Source of the DNA: an uncultured Actinomycetes bacterium
Lineage (GTDB): Bacteria > Actinomycetota > UBA4738 > HRBIN12
Direction of reading: 5' to 3'
Length of the DNA: 64,000 nucleotides
Assembly: GCA_963775755.1 (NCBI GenBank)
Contig: CAVZKB010000012.1
Coordinates: forward strand, 31,868 to 95,867
Shown: in pieces, positions 29,048 to 38,470 of the stretch
Numbering within the stretch: the stretch's first letter is position 1
How the letters are laid out: every line of letters starts with the position of its first letter
Made by a program: the position numbers and the translations under genes
The notes under the pieces: generated by a model
Told to the model about the DNA's origin: nothing
The model's input: the letters and a program-made list of their open reading frames with translations, nothing else
Databases searched by the model: none

Positions 29048-29911
29048 ATGCGAGCCGACCTTGAAGGCATGCAGGAAACGCCCTCGCTTCCGCCCTTCCC
29101 ACTGCCCCCGCGTCCCGATCTCGGAGACATGCTTCCGGCGGGGCCCGACCACGAGCTCGGCACCGACTTCTACGTGCCGCGACCGCGCAGACCCTCGAGG
29201 CTCGTTCGGATCCTGGCGTTGGTCACCGTCTCGTGCGTGGTCGCGAGCATCGCACTTCCTCCGCTCGTCAACGCGTGGGAATCCGGCCGTCGCAGCCATG
29301 AGTTCACGTTCATGGCGACGATCGGGGGTGCTCCGGTCCGCTGGAACCCGTGTGAGCCGATCCACTACGTGGTGAACCTGGGCGCGGCGCCCTCAGGATC
29401 GTTGCAGGACGTCCAATCGGCGGTGCTGCGGCTCTCGAGCGCGACCGGGATCGCCTTCACATACGACGGACTGACGGACGAGGTGCCAACCCGGGATCGC
29501 GACGTGTTCCAGCCCGATCGCTACGGCGACCGCTGGGCGCCGGTGCTCATCGGCTGGGTTGATCCTCGCACCAGCACGTTCGATTTCGATCCCGGCGGTC
29601 GGGAGGCGGCCGGCGTCGCGGGGCCGCTGTATCCGCAGCCGGGACCGTCGACCGTCTACGTGAGCGGTGTCGTCGCGATCAACGTCGCCGACCCGAACCC
29701 TCCCGGCTTCGGCTTCCCGGGAGCGCAAGGTCCAGTCGTGCAACACGAGCTGGCGCACGTGCTCGGGCTCGGGCACTTCAAGGCGCAGGGCGAGCTGATG
29801 GAGCCGTCGGGCGGCGGGATGACGAACTTCGGTCCGGGCGATCTCGAGGGTCTGCGCGAGCTCGGGCGCTCGGCCGGGTGCCTCTCGACCCCGGCGGCAC
29901 CGTCCGGCTAA
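29048..29911 (+). CDS. Membrane-anchored matrixin-family zinc metalloprotease
   Basis: PVRWNPCEPIHYVVN, HELAHVLGLGH, Met-turn ELM, GPGDLEGL. Confidence 0.88.
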   Translation: MRADLEGMQETPSLPPFPLPPRPDLGDMLPAGPDHELGTDFYVPRPRRPSRLVRILALVTVSCVVASIALPPLVNAWESGRRSHEFTFMATIGGAPVRWNPCEPIHYVVNLGAAPSGSLQDVQSAVLRLSSATGIAFTYDGLTDEVPTRDRDVFQPDRYGDRWAPVLIGWVDPRTSTFDFDPGGREAAGVAGPLYPQPGPSTVYVSGVVAINVADPNPPGFGFPGAQGPVVQHELAHVLGLGHFKAQGELMEPSGGGMTNFGPGDLEGLRELGRSAGCLSTPAAPSG

Positions 29912-29920
29912 CGTCAGCAT

Positions 29921-30832
29921 GTGGAACGGCCGGTTTTCGAGGGCGAGCTCTTCTCGATCGGGTCCTTCCACGCCGTTCCCGGCGACGGTCTTTGGGCCCG
30001 GCCGATGCAGGTGGGCGACCGCGGGGCGCTGCTGGTCTTCCCCAAGACCGCCGTGCGGATAACCCAGTTCGGGGTGGACTCGGTCGTGGCGAACACGACC
30101 AACGCGATCCTGTACGACCCTGGACGCGAGCACCGGCGTGACGTCGTCGACCCGGCCGGCGATCACTGCGTCTTCATCGGCCTCGCCCCCGCGCACCTCG
30201 CCGGGGTGGCGGCGCGGTGGGATCCCGACGTGGGCTTGGAGGATCCAACCAGGTTCTCGTTCCCCGGTATGTTCGCCCCGACCGATCCGCAGACCGTGTT
30301 GCTGGAACGCCAGATCGAGCGCTACCTTGCGTCGCCGCCCGTGGACCGCCTGCTCGTGGAGGAGAGCGTCTGCCGGGTCGTCGATCGGACGATGCGCGCC
30401 GGCTACCGATTGTGGAACGGTGCACCAGCTGTCAAGTCGGCAACACGAATGACGCATGCCGAGCTGGCGGAGGCCGCCGCGGAGGTCCTGTCGACGTCGT
30501 TCCGGGAACAGCGGACGCTCGCCGACCTGGCTCGCGACGTCCTGACCTCCCCGTTCCACCTGGCGCGCGTCTTCCGGATGCGAACAGGTTCGTCGCTGCA
30601 CGCCTATCGGACGCAGCTTCGCCTCCGCTCGGCGCTCGATCACCTCTGCGATCCGGGGGTGGACCTGACCGAAGTGGCGCTCGAGTCGGGGTTCAGCAGC
30701 CACAGCCATTTCACGGACGCGTTCCGAGGGGCGTTCGGCTCCGCTCCGTCGCGGATCCGCAGGGTCGCCCGCACCGCGGATCTCCGCGAGATGCGCACGT
30801 TCCTGGAAGTTGGGCACCATCCGACGCCGTAG
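29921..30832 (+). CDS. AraC family transcriptional regulator
   Basis: TLADLA…SPFHLARVF, LTEVALESGFSSHSHFTDAFR…G.APS. Confidence 0.92.
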   Translation: MERPVFEGELFSIGSFHAVPGDGLWARPMQVGDRGALLVFPKTAVRITQFGVDSVVANTTNAILYDPGREHRRDVVDPAGDHCVFIGLAPAHLAGVAARWDPDVGLEDPTRFSFPGMFAPTDPQTVLLERQIERYLASPPVDRLLVEESVCRVVDRTMRAGYRLWNGAPAVKSATRMTHAELAEAAAEVLSTSFREQRTLADLARDVLTSPFHLARVFRMRTGSSLHAYRTQLRLRSALDHLCDPGVDLTEVALESGFSSHSHFTDAFRGAFGSAPSRIRRVARTADLREMRTFLEVGHHPTP

Positions 30833-30876
30833 GCATAGGTGACGCCGCGTTCGACGTCGGATGGAGGCCATTCCTG

Positions 30877-31851
30877 ATGATCGGTCCCCGAACCATCTGC
30901 ATCTCGGCCGCGTTGACGCTGGTCGCGTGTGGTGGCGGTACCGCCACGGGTGGTGGGACGCCTTCCGCCGGAACCCCGGTGACGTCCTCACCCGCCTCTT
31001 CGACACCCGAGATCCCCGCCGGCGTGGATGCCGTAGTCACGGTGGGACCCGCACCGTGCGCCGCGACGGAAGCCGGGGGCAGGGTCTGGGTCACACTGAT
31101 GGCCTCGGGCGGGCTGGCGACGATCGACCCGGCCACCAACGCGGTCGAGCAGTTCGATATCGGCGGTGACCCGTGCGGGATCGGGCAGGCCGGAGGCGAT
31201 CTGTGGGTGGCCACCGTGCAGGGCGAGGAGGTGCTCCGGGTCGATCCTGACAGCGGTGCCGTGATCCAGCGGGTGCGCGTCGGCGATCAGATCTGGGATC
31301 TGCAGGCCGGCGACGACGGTGTCTGGGTCGCCCTGCGCTCGAGGGCAGACGTCGTGCGGATCGACCCGTCCGACGGGAAGATCGTGGCGCGGATCTCGGT
31401 TGGGGGCCTGCTGTCGGGCCTGGCGATCTCCCCCGACGGGGTGTGGGCGGCGGACGAGCTGGGGGATCGAGTCGTGCGGATCGATCCGGGCACCAACCGT
31501 ATCGCCGTCGATCGACACATCGAGGGGTTCGCGGGGCAATGGTTCGGCTCCGATGCCCAGCAGCTCTGGGTCGCCTCGATGGACGGCCAGGTCCTGCGGA
31601 TCGACGAACGAACCGGCAAGGTCCTCGATCGTGCGCTCGTTCCGGGGACGCCCCTCGACCTGGACGTCGCCGGCTCGACGGCGTGGATCCCCGCGAACAA
31701 GACCGGCGTGCTGTGGACGATCGACGTCGGCACCGGCAAGGTGGTCGAGGGGCCCGCGCTCGCGACCGGGATCTTCGTGGCCCAGGCGCTGGCCGGGGCG
31801 GTCTGGGTCCTCAACTACTCGGGGGACGAGGTCTACCGCCTTCCCGGCTGA
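30877..31851 (+). CDS. YVTN/Vgb-like beta-propeller lipoprotein
   Basis: Lipobox LVAC; repeated VWV…RIDP.TN/G units. Confidence 0.8.
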   Translation: MIGPRTICISAALTLVACGGGTATGGGTPSAGTPVTSSPASSTPEIPAGVDAVVTVGPAPCAATEAGGRVWVTLMASGGLATIDPATNAVEQFDIGGDPCGIGQAGGDLWVATVQGEEVLRVDPDSGAVIQRVRVGDQIWDLQAGDDGVWVALRSRADVVRIDPSDGKIVARISVGGLLSGLAISPDGVWAADELGDRVVRIDPGTNRIAVDRHIEGFAGQWFGSDAQQLWVASMDGQVLRIDERTGKVLDRALVPGTPLDLDVAGSTAWIPANKTGVLWTIDVGTGKVVEGPALATGIFVAQALAGAVWVLNYSGDEVYRLPG

Positions 31852-31853
31852 GC

Positions 31854-31883
31854 TTGCCTGTTGCGCCGCGGGTCCGGTAGTCT
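31854..31883 (+). promoter_or_regulatory. Housekeeping-sigma promoter TTGCCT-N18-TAGTCT for leader-tusA-dsrE
   Basis: -35/-10 match directly upstream of the Cys-rich uORF. Confidence 0.6.
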
Positions 31884-31896
31884 GTTGCACCTGCAA

Positions 31897-31965
31897 ATGA
31901 TCTGCACACGCGAACTCGGCACCGTCGCGGCCATGATCCCGGACCGCATCTGCTGTTCCTGCTGA
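31897..31965 (+). CDS. Cys-rich leader peptide MICTRELGTVAAMIPDRICCSC
   Basis: 22-codon ORF ending TGC TGT TCC TGC TGA, overlapped by a hairpin, upstream of sulfur-carrier genes. Confidence 0.7.
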   Translation: MICTRELGTVAAMIPDRICCSC

Positions 31966-32033
31966 CCACAGGGAACAGCGCCTCTCCCGACGCCACTCCA
32001 CGCCACTCCCCGACACTTCTGGAGGTTCCTCCT

Positions 32034-32267
32034 ATGGACGTCATCACCCGTACCGTCGATGCTCGAGGGCAGTCGTGCCCCGGTCCGCTGGTCACGCTGG
32101 CCAAGGCCCTCAAAGACGCGACCCGCGGCGACCTGCTCGAGCTCCTCGCCACGGACCCCGGCTCCCGGTCCGACGTTCCCAGCTGGGCGACGATCAGCGG
32201 GAACCAGCTGTTGGAGGCAGCGGAGCTCGAGGACGGCACGTTCCGCTACGTGGTCCGGAAGGCGTGA
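32034..32267 (+). CDS. tusA: Sulfur carrier protein, TusA family
   Basis: DARGQSCPGP, LATDPGS..DVPSW. Confidence 0.92.
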   Translation: MDVITRTVDARGQSCPGPLVTLAKALKDATRGDLLELLATDPGSRSDVPSWATISGNQLLEAAELEDGTFRYVVRKA

Positions 32268-32271
32268 GCGC

Positions 32272-32808
32272 ATGAGCGACGAGCTGACTCAGCTCCTCGA
32301 CCAAGCCTCGCGCACCGACGACGGCCTGAACAAGGAGAACAAGATCACGATCATCGCGTGGGACGGAGATCTCGACCGCATCTGGCCCACGTTGATCCTG
32401 TCGACGACGGCTGCGGCATCCGGCATGGAGGCGAGCGTCTTCTTCACGTTCTGGGGTCTGTTCACGTTGGTCAGGCCCGGCGTCCGCATCACGGGAGACA
32501 ACTGGATGCAGAAGATGCTTTCGGTGATGAATCCGGGCAATCCCTCGAAGGCCAAGCTCAGCCGCTATCAGTTCGCCGGCGCCGGACCCGGCATGATGAA
32601 GAAGCTCGCGAAGGACCACAAGACGCCGCTCCCGTCCGAGCTGCTGGAGATGGCGCAGGAAATGGGCGTGCGGTTGATCCCGTGTCAGATGACCATGGAT
32701 CTGCTCGGTCTCAAGCGGGAGGACCTGATCGACGGGTTGGAGGAGCCGATCGGCGCCGCCACCGCCCTCCTCGAGATGAAGACCGCCGCCATCCAGCTGT
32801 TCATCTAG
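32272..32808 (+). CDS. DsrE/DsrF/DrsH-like (DsrE2) sulfurtransferase
   Basis: VFFTFWGL, FAGAG..MMK, IPCQMTMDLLG. Confidence 0.88.
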   Translation: MSDELTQLLDQASRTDDGLNKENKITIIAWDGDLDRIWPTLILSTTAAASGMEASVFFTFWGLFTLVRPGVRITGDNWMQKMLSVMNPGNPSKAKLSRYQFAGAGPGMMKKLAKDHKTPLPSELLEMAQEMGVRLIPCQMTMDLLGLKREDLIDGLEEPIGAATALLEMKTAAIQLFI

Positions 32809-33542
32809 GCGGCCCGACGAGCGAGGATGTTCAGCCGGACGTAGTCGATCAGCGGCCCGGGCATCCGGGCCGCGACCTCGTGGACGAATCGCTCCCGTTC
32901 GTCGCCGACCATGGTCTCGACGATCCCGCCCAGGCACACCGTTTCGAGGAACGCCTCGAGGTCGTCTTCGGGGATCGGGGTCGGTTCGTCGTTGAGCCAC
33001 GTCTCGATGTGCTCGAAGCCGGCGGCCTCCAGTCTCGCTCGCGTCTCCTCGGGCGTCGCGAAGGTCTTCCCGCCGCCGAACGTGTGGCCGAGTTGGGCGA
33101 CGATCCGCTCGAGTGACGAGATGTTTCCCGCTCCTCCACATTGGGCGACCAACTGCCCACCGGGACGAAGGACGGAGGCGAGGTTGCGGAACAGCGACCC
33201 GTGATCGACGATCCAATGGAACGTTGCCGTCGAAAAGATCGCGTCCACCTGCCCCTCGATCGGGAGGGGCCGGGTCAGGTCGGCCACGATCAGCTCGACC
33301 CCGGGCTCGTCCGCGAACCTGCCGGCCGCTTGCTCGATCATCGCGGTCGATCCGTCGAGGCCGATCACCAGCCCGTCGGGCAGACGCTCGAGGAGCATCG
33401 AGGTGACGCGACCCGTGCCGCACCCGGCGTCGAGCACCCGCTCGTTCCCGGAGAGCTCGAGGCGACCGACGACGGCACGACCCCATCGGGTCTGCGGCGC
33501 CGACAGGCGCTCATAGGCGGCGGCGTTCCACTCGCGGGTCAT
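32805..33542 (-). CDS. Class I SAM-dependent methyltransferase (trans-aconitate MT-like)
   Basis: WNAAAY, VLDAGCGTG, FSTATFHW, LRPGG, DYVRLNI. Confidence 0.9.
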   Translation of the reverse strand: MTREWNAAAYERLSAPQTRWGRAVVGRLELSGNERVLDAGCGTGRVTSMLLERLPDGLVIGLDGSTAMIEQAAGRFADEPGVELIVADLTRPLPIEGQVDAIFSTATFHWIVDHGSLFRNLASVLRPGGQLVAQCGGAGNISSLERIVAQLGHTFGGGKTFATPEETRARLEAAGFEHIETWLNDEPTPIPEDDLEAFLETVCLGGIVETMVGDERERFVHEVAARMPGPLIDYVRLNILARRAA

Positions 33543-33563
33543 CCGGCGGAGGCTATCGAGCCG

Positions 33564-33794
33564 TCAGCGGTCCTCGTCCTCGGACCGGGTGTCCTCGAGG
33601 TCGGGCACGACGATCTCCGTGAGGTCGGCGTCGGGCAGGACGATGTCCAGCCGCTCGACCTCGGGGATCACCAGCGGTGCCTGTCCCGAGGCGTGTTCGG
33701 CGCGGAGCGTGCGGTACCACCCCGGCTCGTAGGAGAACTCCCGGCATTCGGGACAATCCGGAACCGTGCCAGGCTCGTGACCCGCGTGGTCCAT
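33564..33794 (-). CDS. Small hypothetical protein with HxxH…CxxC motif and acidic tail
   Basis: MDHAGHEPGTVPDCPEC; leaderless ATG after TACGCT. Confidence 0.6.
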   Translation of the reverse strand: MDHAGHEPGTVPDCPECREFSYEPGWYRTLRAEHASGQAPLVIPEVERLDIVLPDADLTEIVVPDLEDTRSEDEDR

Positions 33795-33869
33795 CCACGA
33801 AGCGTACGACCGCGAGGGACCGGCAGCCACGACATCGACGACCAGATGGCCGACCTCGATGGGCGGGGG

Positions 33870-34490
33870 CTACGGCAGGTACTGCTCCTCGATCGTCACG
33901 ATGGCTCCTCCTTCGACCGTGATCCAGAACGGAGAGCTCGGGCGATACGTGCCGGTCGGATCCGCGTGCACCAATGCGTCCGCGAGCAGACCGAGATCGC
34001 CGATGACGAACGAGCTGCAGCAGTCGGCCCAGTCGAGGATCCGGAGCTCCGCGTCCGAGGCGATCGGGAGCGTCCGCAGACGGGGGTTGTCATTCACGAT
34101 GTAGTAGTCGTTCGGCGGAGGCGACTCGTCCCCGTGCTCGGCCGCCGCCTCCGCCGCAGCGTCACCGGTCAGGAACTCGGCCAGGTCGAACGTCATCCGG
34201 TCCGGTGGATCGCCCAGCAGCTCCTTCACGAAGATGAAGTGCCGCCCGTCATCCAGGGCCGGTGATGCCGTCGTCGGCTCGGGGGTCGGCGAGGGGCTGG
34301 GGGAGTCGGTCACGGCCGCCGACGCGGAGTCCCTCGGCCGGGCCGGCGACGCCGCCGCGCCGCGGTCGCCGCCGCCTCCGGCGTTCGCCAGCAACATCCC
34401 ACCGACGAAGGCGAGCACCCCCACGAGCACGAGCCCGGCGACGATCAGCCGACGGTTCGGGCGGTCGGCGGGGCGGCGGGGGGCTGCCAT
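33870..34490 (-). CDS. Membrane-anchored hypothetical protein
   Basis: N-terminal TM helix, Pro/Ser linker, PNDYYIVNDNP…EQYLP domain. Confidence 0.75.
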   Translation of the reverse strand: MAAPRRPADRPNRRLIVAGLVLVGVLAFVGGMLLANAGGGGDRGAAASPARPRDSASAAVTDSPSPSPTPEPTTASPALDDGRHFIFVKELLGDPPDRMTFDLAEFLTGDAAAEAAAEHGDESPPPNDYYIVNDNPRLRTLPIASDAELRILDWADCCSSFVIGDLGLLADALVHADPTGTYRPSSPFWITVEGGAIVTIEEQYLP

Positions 34491-34582
34491 CGGCTTCCAC
34501 GATACTGGCGTATCGGCCGTCGGGGCCGCACGGTGCAGATGGTACGTGACACTAGTTAGTGTGGCGTACTATCATACGACAC

Positions 34583-35026
34583 ATGCCGACCGCTCCCCCG
34601 ACGACCGACATCGCCGACCTCGCCTCCCGCCTCCGCCTGGGCGTGACACGCCTCGCCCGCAAGCTCCGCCGGGAGGCCGACACGGGTATCACCCCCACCC
34701 TCCTGGCTGCTCTCAGCACGATCGAGCGCCACGGACCGATCACCCCCGGGTCGCTGGCGTCGCACGAGCAGGTCGAGAAGCCGACCGTCACACGTCTGCT
34801 CGCGGTCCTCGAGGATCGGGCGATGATCGAGCGGACGCCCGATCCCATGGACGGACGGGTGACGTGGGTCCAGGTCTCGGCGTCCGGGCGGAAGGTGCTG
34901 CAGAGCACACGCCGCCGCAAGGACGGATACCTCGCCAAGCGCATCAAAGGGCTGCTGCCAGACGAGCAGGCGACGCTGGAGCGCGCGGCGGAGATCCTGG
35001 ACCGGCTTGCGGAGGAGGATCGATGA
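34583..35026 (+). CDS. MarR family regulator
   Basis: LRLGVTRLARKLR, LSTIERHGP, PTVTR, PDPMDGR; palindrome ACACTA-GT-TAGTGT at 34549-34562 upstream. Confidence 0.92.
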   Translation: MPTAPPTTDIADLASRLRLGVTRLARKLRREADTGITPTLLAALSTIERHGPITPGSLASHEQVEKPTVTRLLAVLEDRAMIERTPDPMDGRVTWVQVSASGRKVLQSTRRRKDGYLAKRIKGLLPDEQATLERAAEILDRLAEEDR

Positions 35027-36307
35027 CGCGCGTCGGCCTCGCCGTCCACCGGACGTTCCATTCCTTGCACACGCGCAACTTCCGCTTGTACTTCATCGGG
35101 CAGGTGGTCTCCGTGACCGGCACGTGGCTGAACGCGACCGCGTCAGCCTGGCTGGTCCTGCGACTGTCGAACAGCGGGTTCGCGCTCGGCCTCAACACCG
35201 CGCTCACGTTCCTGCCGATCCTGCTGATCGGGGCGTTCGGCGGCATGCTGGCCGACCGCTACGACAAGCGGAAGATCCTGATCGCTGACCCAAGCCGCCT
35301 ACGCGATCCTCGCGCTCACGCTGTTCGTCCTGGCCGCCACCGACGTTGCGCAGCTGTGGATGGTGTACGCGCTGTCCCTGGGGGCGGGACTCGTCACCGC
35401 GCTCGACAACCCCACCCGCCAGAGCTTCTACATGGAGTTGGTTCCAGAGGACGACCTCACCAACGCGGTCAGCCTGAACAGCGCCGTGTTCATGGGCGCG
35501 CGTATCGTCGGTGCGTCCGCGGCGGCATTGGTGATCACGACGATCGGCCTGGCCAACTGCTTCCTGATCGATGCGTTGTCGTACGTCGCGGTGATCGGCG
35601 CGTTGCTCGCGATGCGCACGTAGGATCTCCACGGCCGGGACGAGCGGAAGACCGGCGAGCGCGGTAGCGTCCGCGAAGGGTTCCGCTACGTATGGAACAC
35701 ACCCGAGCTCCGACGTCCGCTGGTCCTGATGACCATCGTGTTCACGTTCGCGTTCAACTGGGCGGTGCTCCTGCCGCTGCTCGCCAAGCACACGTTCGGA
35801 GGCGACGCCGCGACGTTCGGCATCATGTCGGCGCTCACGGGAGCGGGCGCGTTCGCGGCCGCGCTCATCATGGCGAACCGGTCGAGCTCGTCCTCGGCCG
35901 CCCCGAACTTCCGCAGACTGTCGACGTGGTCGATCGCCTCGGGAGTGGCACTGCTGTTCACCGCGGTCGCGCCCACGCTCGGGATGGCATACCTATCGAT
36001 GCTCCCGCTCGGCTTCACGGTCATGACGTTCATCATCACGGCCAACTCGATGATGCAGCTGCGGTCGTTGCCCGAGTATCGGGGCCGCGTGATGGCGCTG
36101 TACGGGATGGTGTTCCTGGGGAGCACGCCGATCGGCGCCGTCATCACCGGCTCGCTCGCCGAGCAGCTGGGTGCGCGCGCCGGCTTCGTGCTCGGCGCCG
36201 CCTCTGCGCTCATCGCGGGGATCGGCGGGCTCTGGTGGAAGTCGCGGAGGCCGGCGACCTCCATCATCCGCACGGACGTGCTCGCCGATCAGCAGCTCAC
36301 CGCCTGA
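35023..36307 (+). pseudogene. MFS transporter with a +1 frameshift (about 35284) and an in-frame TAG (35621-35623)
   Basis: Three fragments (RNFRLYFIGQ…GGMLADRYDKR / DNPTRQSF…NAVSLNS / YRGRVMALY) form one MFS when repaired. Confidence 0.85.
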
Positions 36308-36316
36308 TCGCGGAGT

Positions 36317-37795
36317 TCAGGCGATCCCGTCCTCGGCTTCGCGTTCGATGCTCCACATGCCGTCCGGTTCGACGCTCCCAACGTCCAGCAGCGAGCCGTC
36401 CTGCAGCGAGAGCCGGAACCGCCGCATGCGCACGCCGTCGCGCTCCTCGTTCCACGATCGCACGACGTCGACCGGCTCCTCGACCCCGCCCCACACGATC
36501 GCCCGCGGCCACTCCTCGGCCTTCGCTCCCTCCGTGAACCGCAGGACGATCGGCGGTTTCCCGCCGATCCACCGGGGAAGGACGGGGGTCCACACGAGGA
36601 ACAGGATCCCCACGACCGCGACGGAGCCGCTCACGCCCACGTGCGGGAGCATCGGGATGGCCACGGCTGCCGCGACCACCCGGGCGAGGTTGTAGACGAC
36701 GTCGTATGCCGCGAAGACCCGGCCGCGATATCCGTCGGGGAGCGACTCCTGCACCATCGTGTCGATCGGGATCTTCTTCCAGGCGAACGTCAGCCCGATC
36801 GCGAAGCTCGCGATCAGGATGGTCACGCCCGTGATCGCGAACGACACCGCGATCAGGCTCGCGCCCCCGGCGAGGAACGCGCCGGCCACGATCCGCTCTT
36901 TGGGGAACCGATCCTCCAGCGGGCCCACCGTGAGGATGCCGAGCATCACGCCGATCCCGCCGGCACCGATCAGGTTGGAGAACGAGCCCACGCCTTCGCC
37001 GAAGCGTTCGCGGAACACGACCAGGGAGAGCGTGAGCACCAGGCCCTGGCCGAACTGGTCGATCGCGATCGAGGTGATCGGACCGAGCGCACGCGGCGAG
37101 CGCCACAAACGCGTGATCCCGTCGGCGAACTCCACGCCGACCCGGCGCAGCTCATGTCGCAAGAGCGCCGGATCCTCGGGGAGCGTGTGCGGTGCGAGGT
37201 CATGGCGGATCCGTGACGCGATCCACGACCCGAGCAGCCACAGGGCACCCGCGCCGGCGACCGTGACGCCCGAGCCGAACGCGTCCGCGATCTGCCCTCC
37301 CAGGAAGACGCCGGCGAGTAGTGAGACCGTCCCCCCGACCGTGGCCAGCGAGTTCGCCATCAGCAGGTCCTCGGCGGGCACCAGCCGCGGCACCACCGCC
37401 TGGGCGGTCGCCAGGAAGAATCGGTTCACGGATAGGACGATCAACGCGCCCGCGTAGAACGCGATCGGCGCGTGCACGGGGTCGAACAGCACCAGCCAGA
37501 CGAGCGCCGTCTTGATCCACGGCGCGATCGTGAGGATCCGGCGGCGCGGCCAGCGGTCGATGAACACGCCGGTGAACGGCCCGATGACGGAGAACGGCAC
37601 GGCGATGATGACCGCCGCCTTGAACAGCCCGACCGTCGTGCTCTGCTCGTCCGGCGAGAACACGACCGATGCGATCAGCGACACCTGGAAGAGCCCGTCC
37701 GCGAACTGGCTCGCGATCCGCACCAGGAACAACCGCCGGAAGTCGGGACCGCGGAGCGCGGCACGCGTGCGTTCGAGCGTGCCCTTCGTGGCCAT
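36317..37795 (-). CDS. MFS transporter with an extra C-terminal soluble domain
   Basis: SQFADGLFQ, GPFTGVFIDRWPRRRIL, SVNRFF, YRGRVFAAYD; about 75-aa hydrophilic tail. Confidence 0.88.
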   Translation of the reverse strand: MATKGTLERTRAALRGPDFRRLFLVRIASQFADGLFQVSLIASVVFSPDEQSTTVGLFKAAVIIAVPFSVIGPFTGVFIDRWPRRRILTIAPWIKTALVWLVLFDPVHAPIAFYAGALIVLSVNRFFLATAQAVVPRLVPAEDLLMANSLATVGGTVSLLAGVFLGGQIADAFGSGVTVAGAGALWLLGSWIASRIRHDLAPHTLPEDPALLRHELRRVGVEFADGITRLWRSPRALGPITSIAIDQFGQGLVLTLSLVVFRERFGEGVGSFSNLIGAGGIGVMLGILTVGPLEDRFPKERIVAGAFLAGGASLIAVSFAITGVTILIASFAIGLTFAWKKIPIDTMVQESLPDGYRGRVFAAYDVVYNLARVVAAAVAIPMLPHVGVSGSVAVVGILFLVWTPVLPRWIGGKPPIVLRFTEGAKAEEWPRAIVWGGVEEPVDVVRSWNEERDGVRMRRFRLSLQDGSLLDVGSVEPDGMWSIEREAEDGIA

Positions 37796-37905
37796 GGCGG
37801 GCATCGTAGGGCTTGGAGTTGCAGGCGGACAGGCGCGCCAACCGTCCGACCAACCGTATTGAAGGGGTCTGCCATCACGCGGGGGGTGACTCCCCGAAGT
37901 CGCAG

Positions 37906-38470
37906 TCAGTTGTGGACGTAGATTGCGCTGGCGTAGGCAACGCCATGACCACTGCCCGCGCCGAGGTTGTGCCAATCCGAGTGGATGCTCGACACGTCGT
38001 CTGCCACGCTGGCTTCGGGACTCGGACGACGAACCTTGATGCATCCGTTCGAGTAGTAGTCGTTGCTCGCGTTGCTTCCGCCCGGGGCGGCTGTGCTATC
38101 CCAGCATTGGGCGTCGTCCGCATTGCTAGTGCAGACCTGCCCGTTGCTTGATGTCTGTTCGGAATGGATGAAGAGCTCCGTGCGCAAAGTCCCAGCGGAG
38201 CACGCCTTGTCTTGCAGGCGCCAGACCCTGCCCCAGATCGCGGATCCTGAGTAGGTGTTCTGATGATAGGAAGGCGCGAGGTCATACCAGCCGGGTATCG
38301 ACGTACTTCCATGTGAGCGTGGAGTTGATGTTCGTACCGCGTGCAAAGTCGAAGTACGCACAAGGCCGAGCGGCGCTTGCCCGAGGGATATGAAGAAGCG
38401 ACGACGCAAGTAGCAGGCCAGCCACGAACAGAAATGACCTGAGCCGGCGTGGAGACCGTCGCTGAGTCAT
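37906..38470 (-). pseudogene. Secreted Cys-rich L,D-transpeptidase-like protein, interrupted at about 38295
   Basis: Signal peptide frame (MTQRR…ASA…WKYVDT) and catalytic-like frame (PGWYD…TELFIHSE…YYSNGCIKV) are out of register. Confidence 0.6.

Noticed and set aside
31985-32015. Short direct repeats as a CRISPR array or tandem repeat
   Set aside because: Only two 10-mers with no spacers; better explained as part of the leader's C-rich tract.
35621-35623. In-frame TAG as pyrrolysine or programmed read-through
   Set aside because: The same gene also has a frameshift, no pyl genes are present and the position is a loop residue; a nonsense change or error is simpler.
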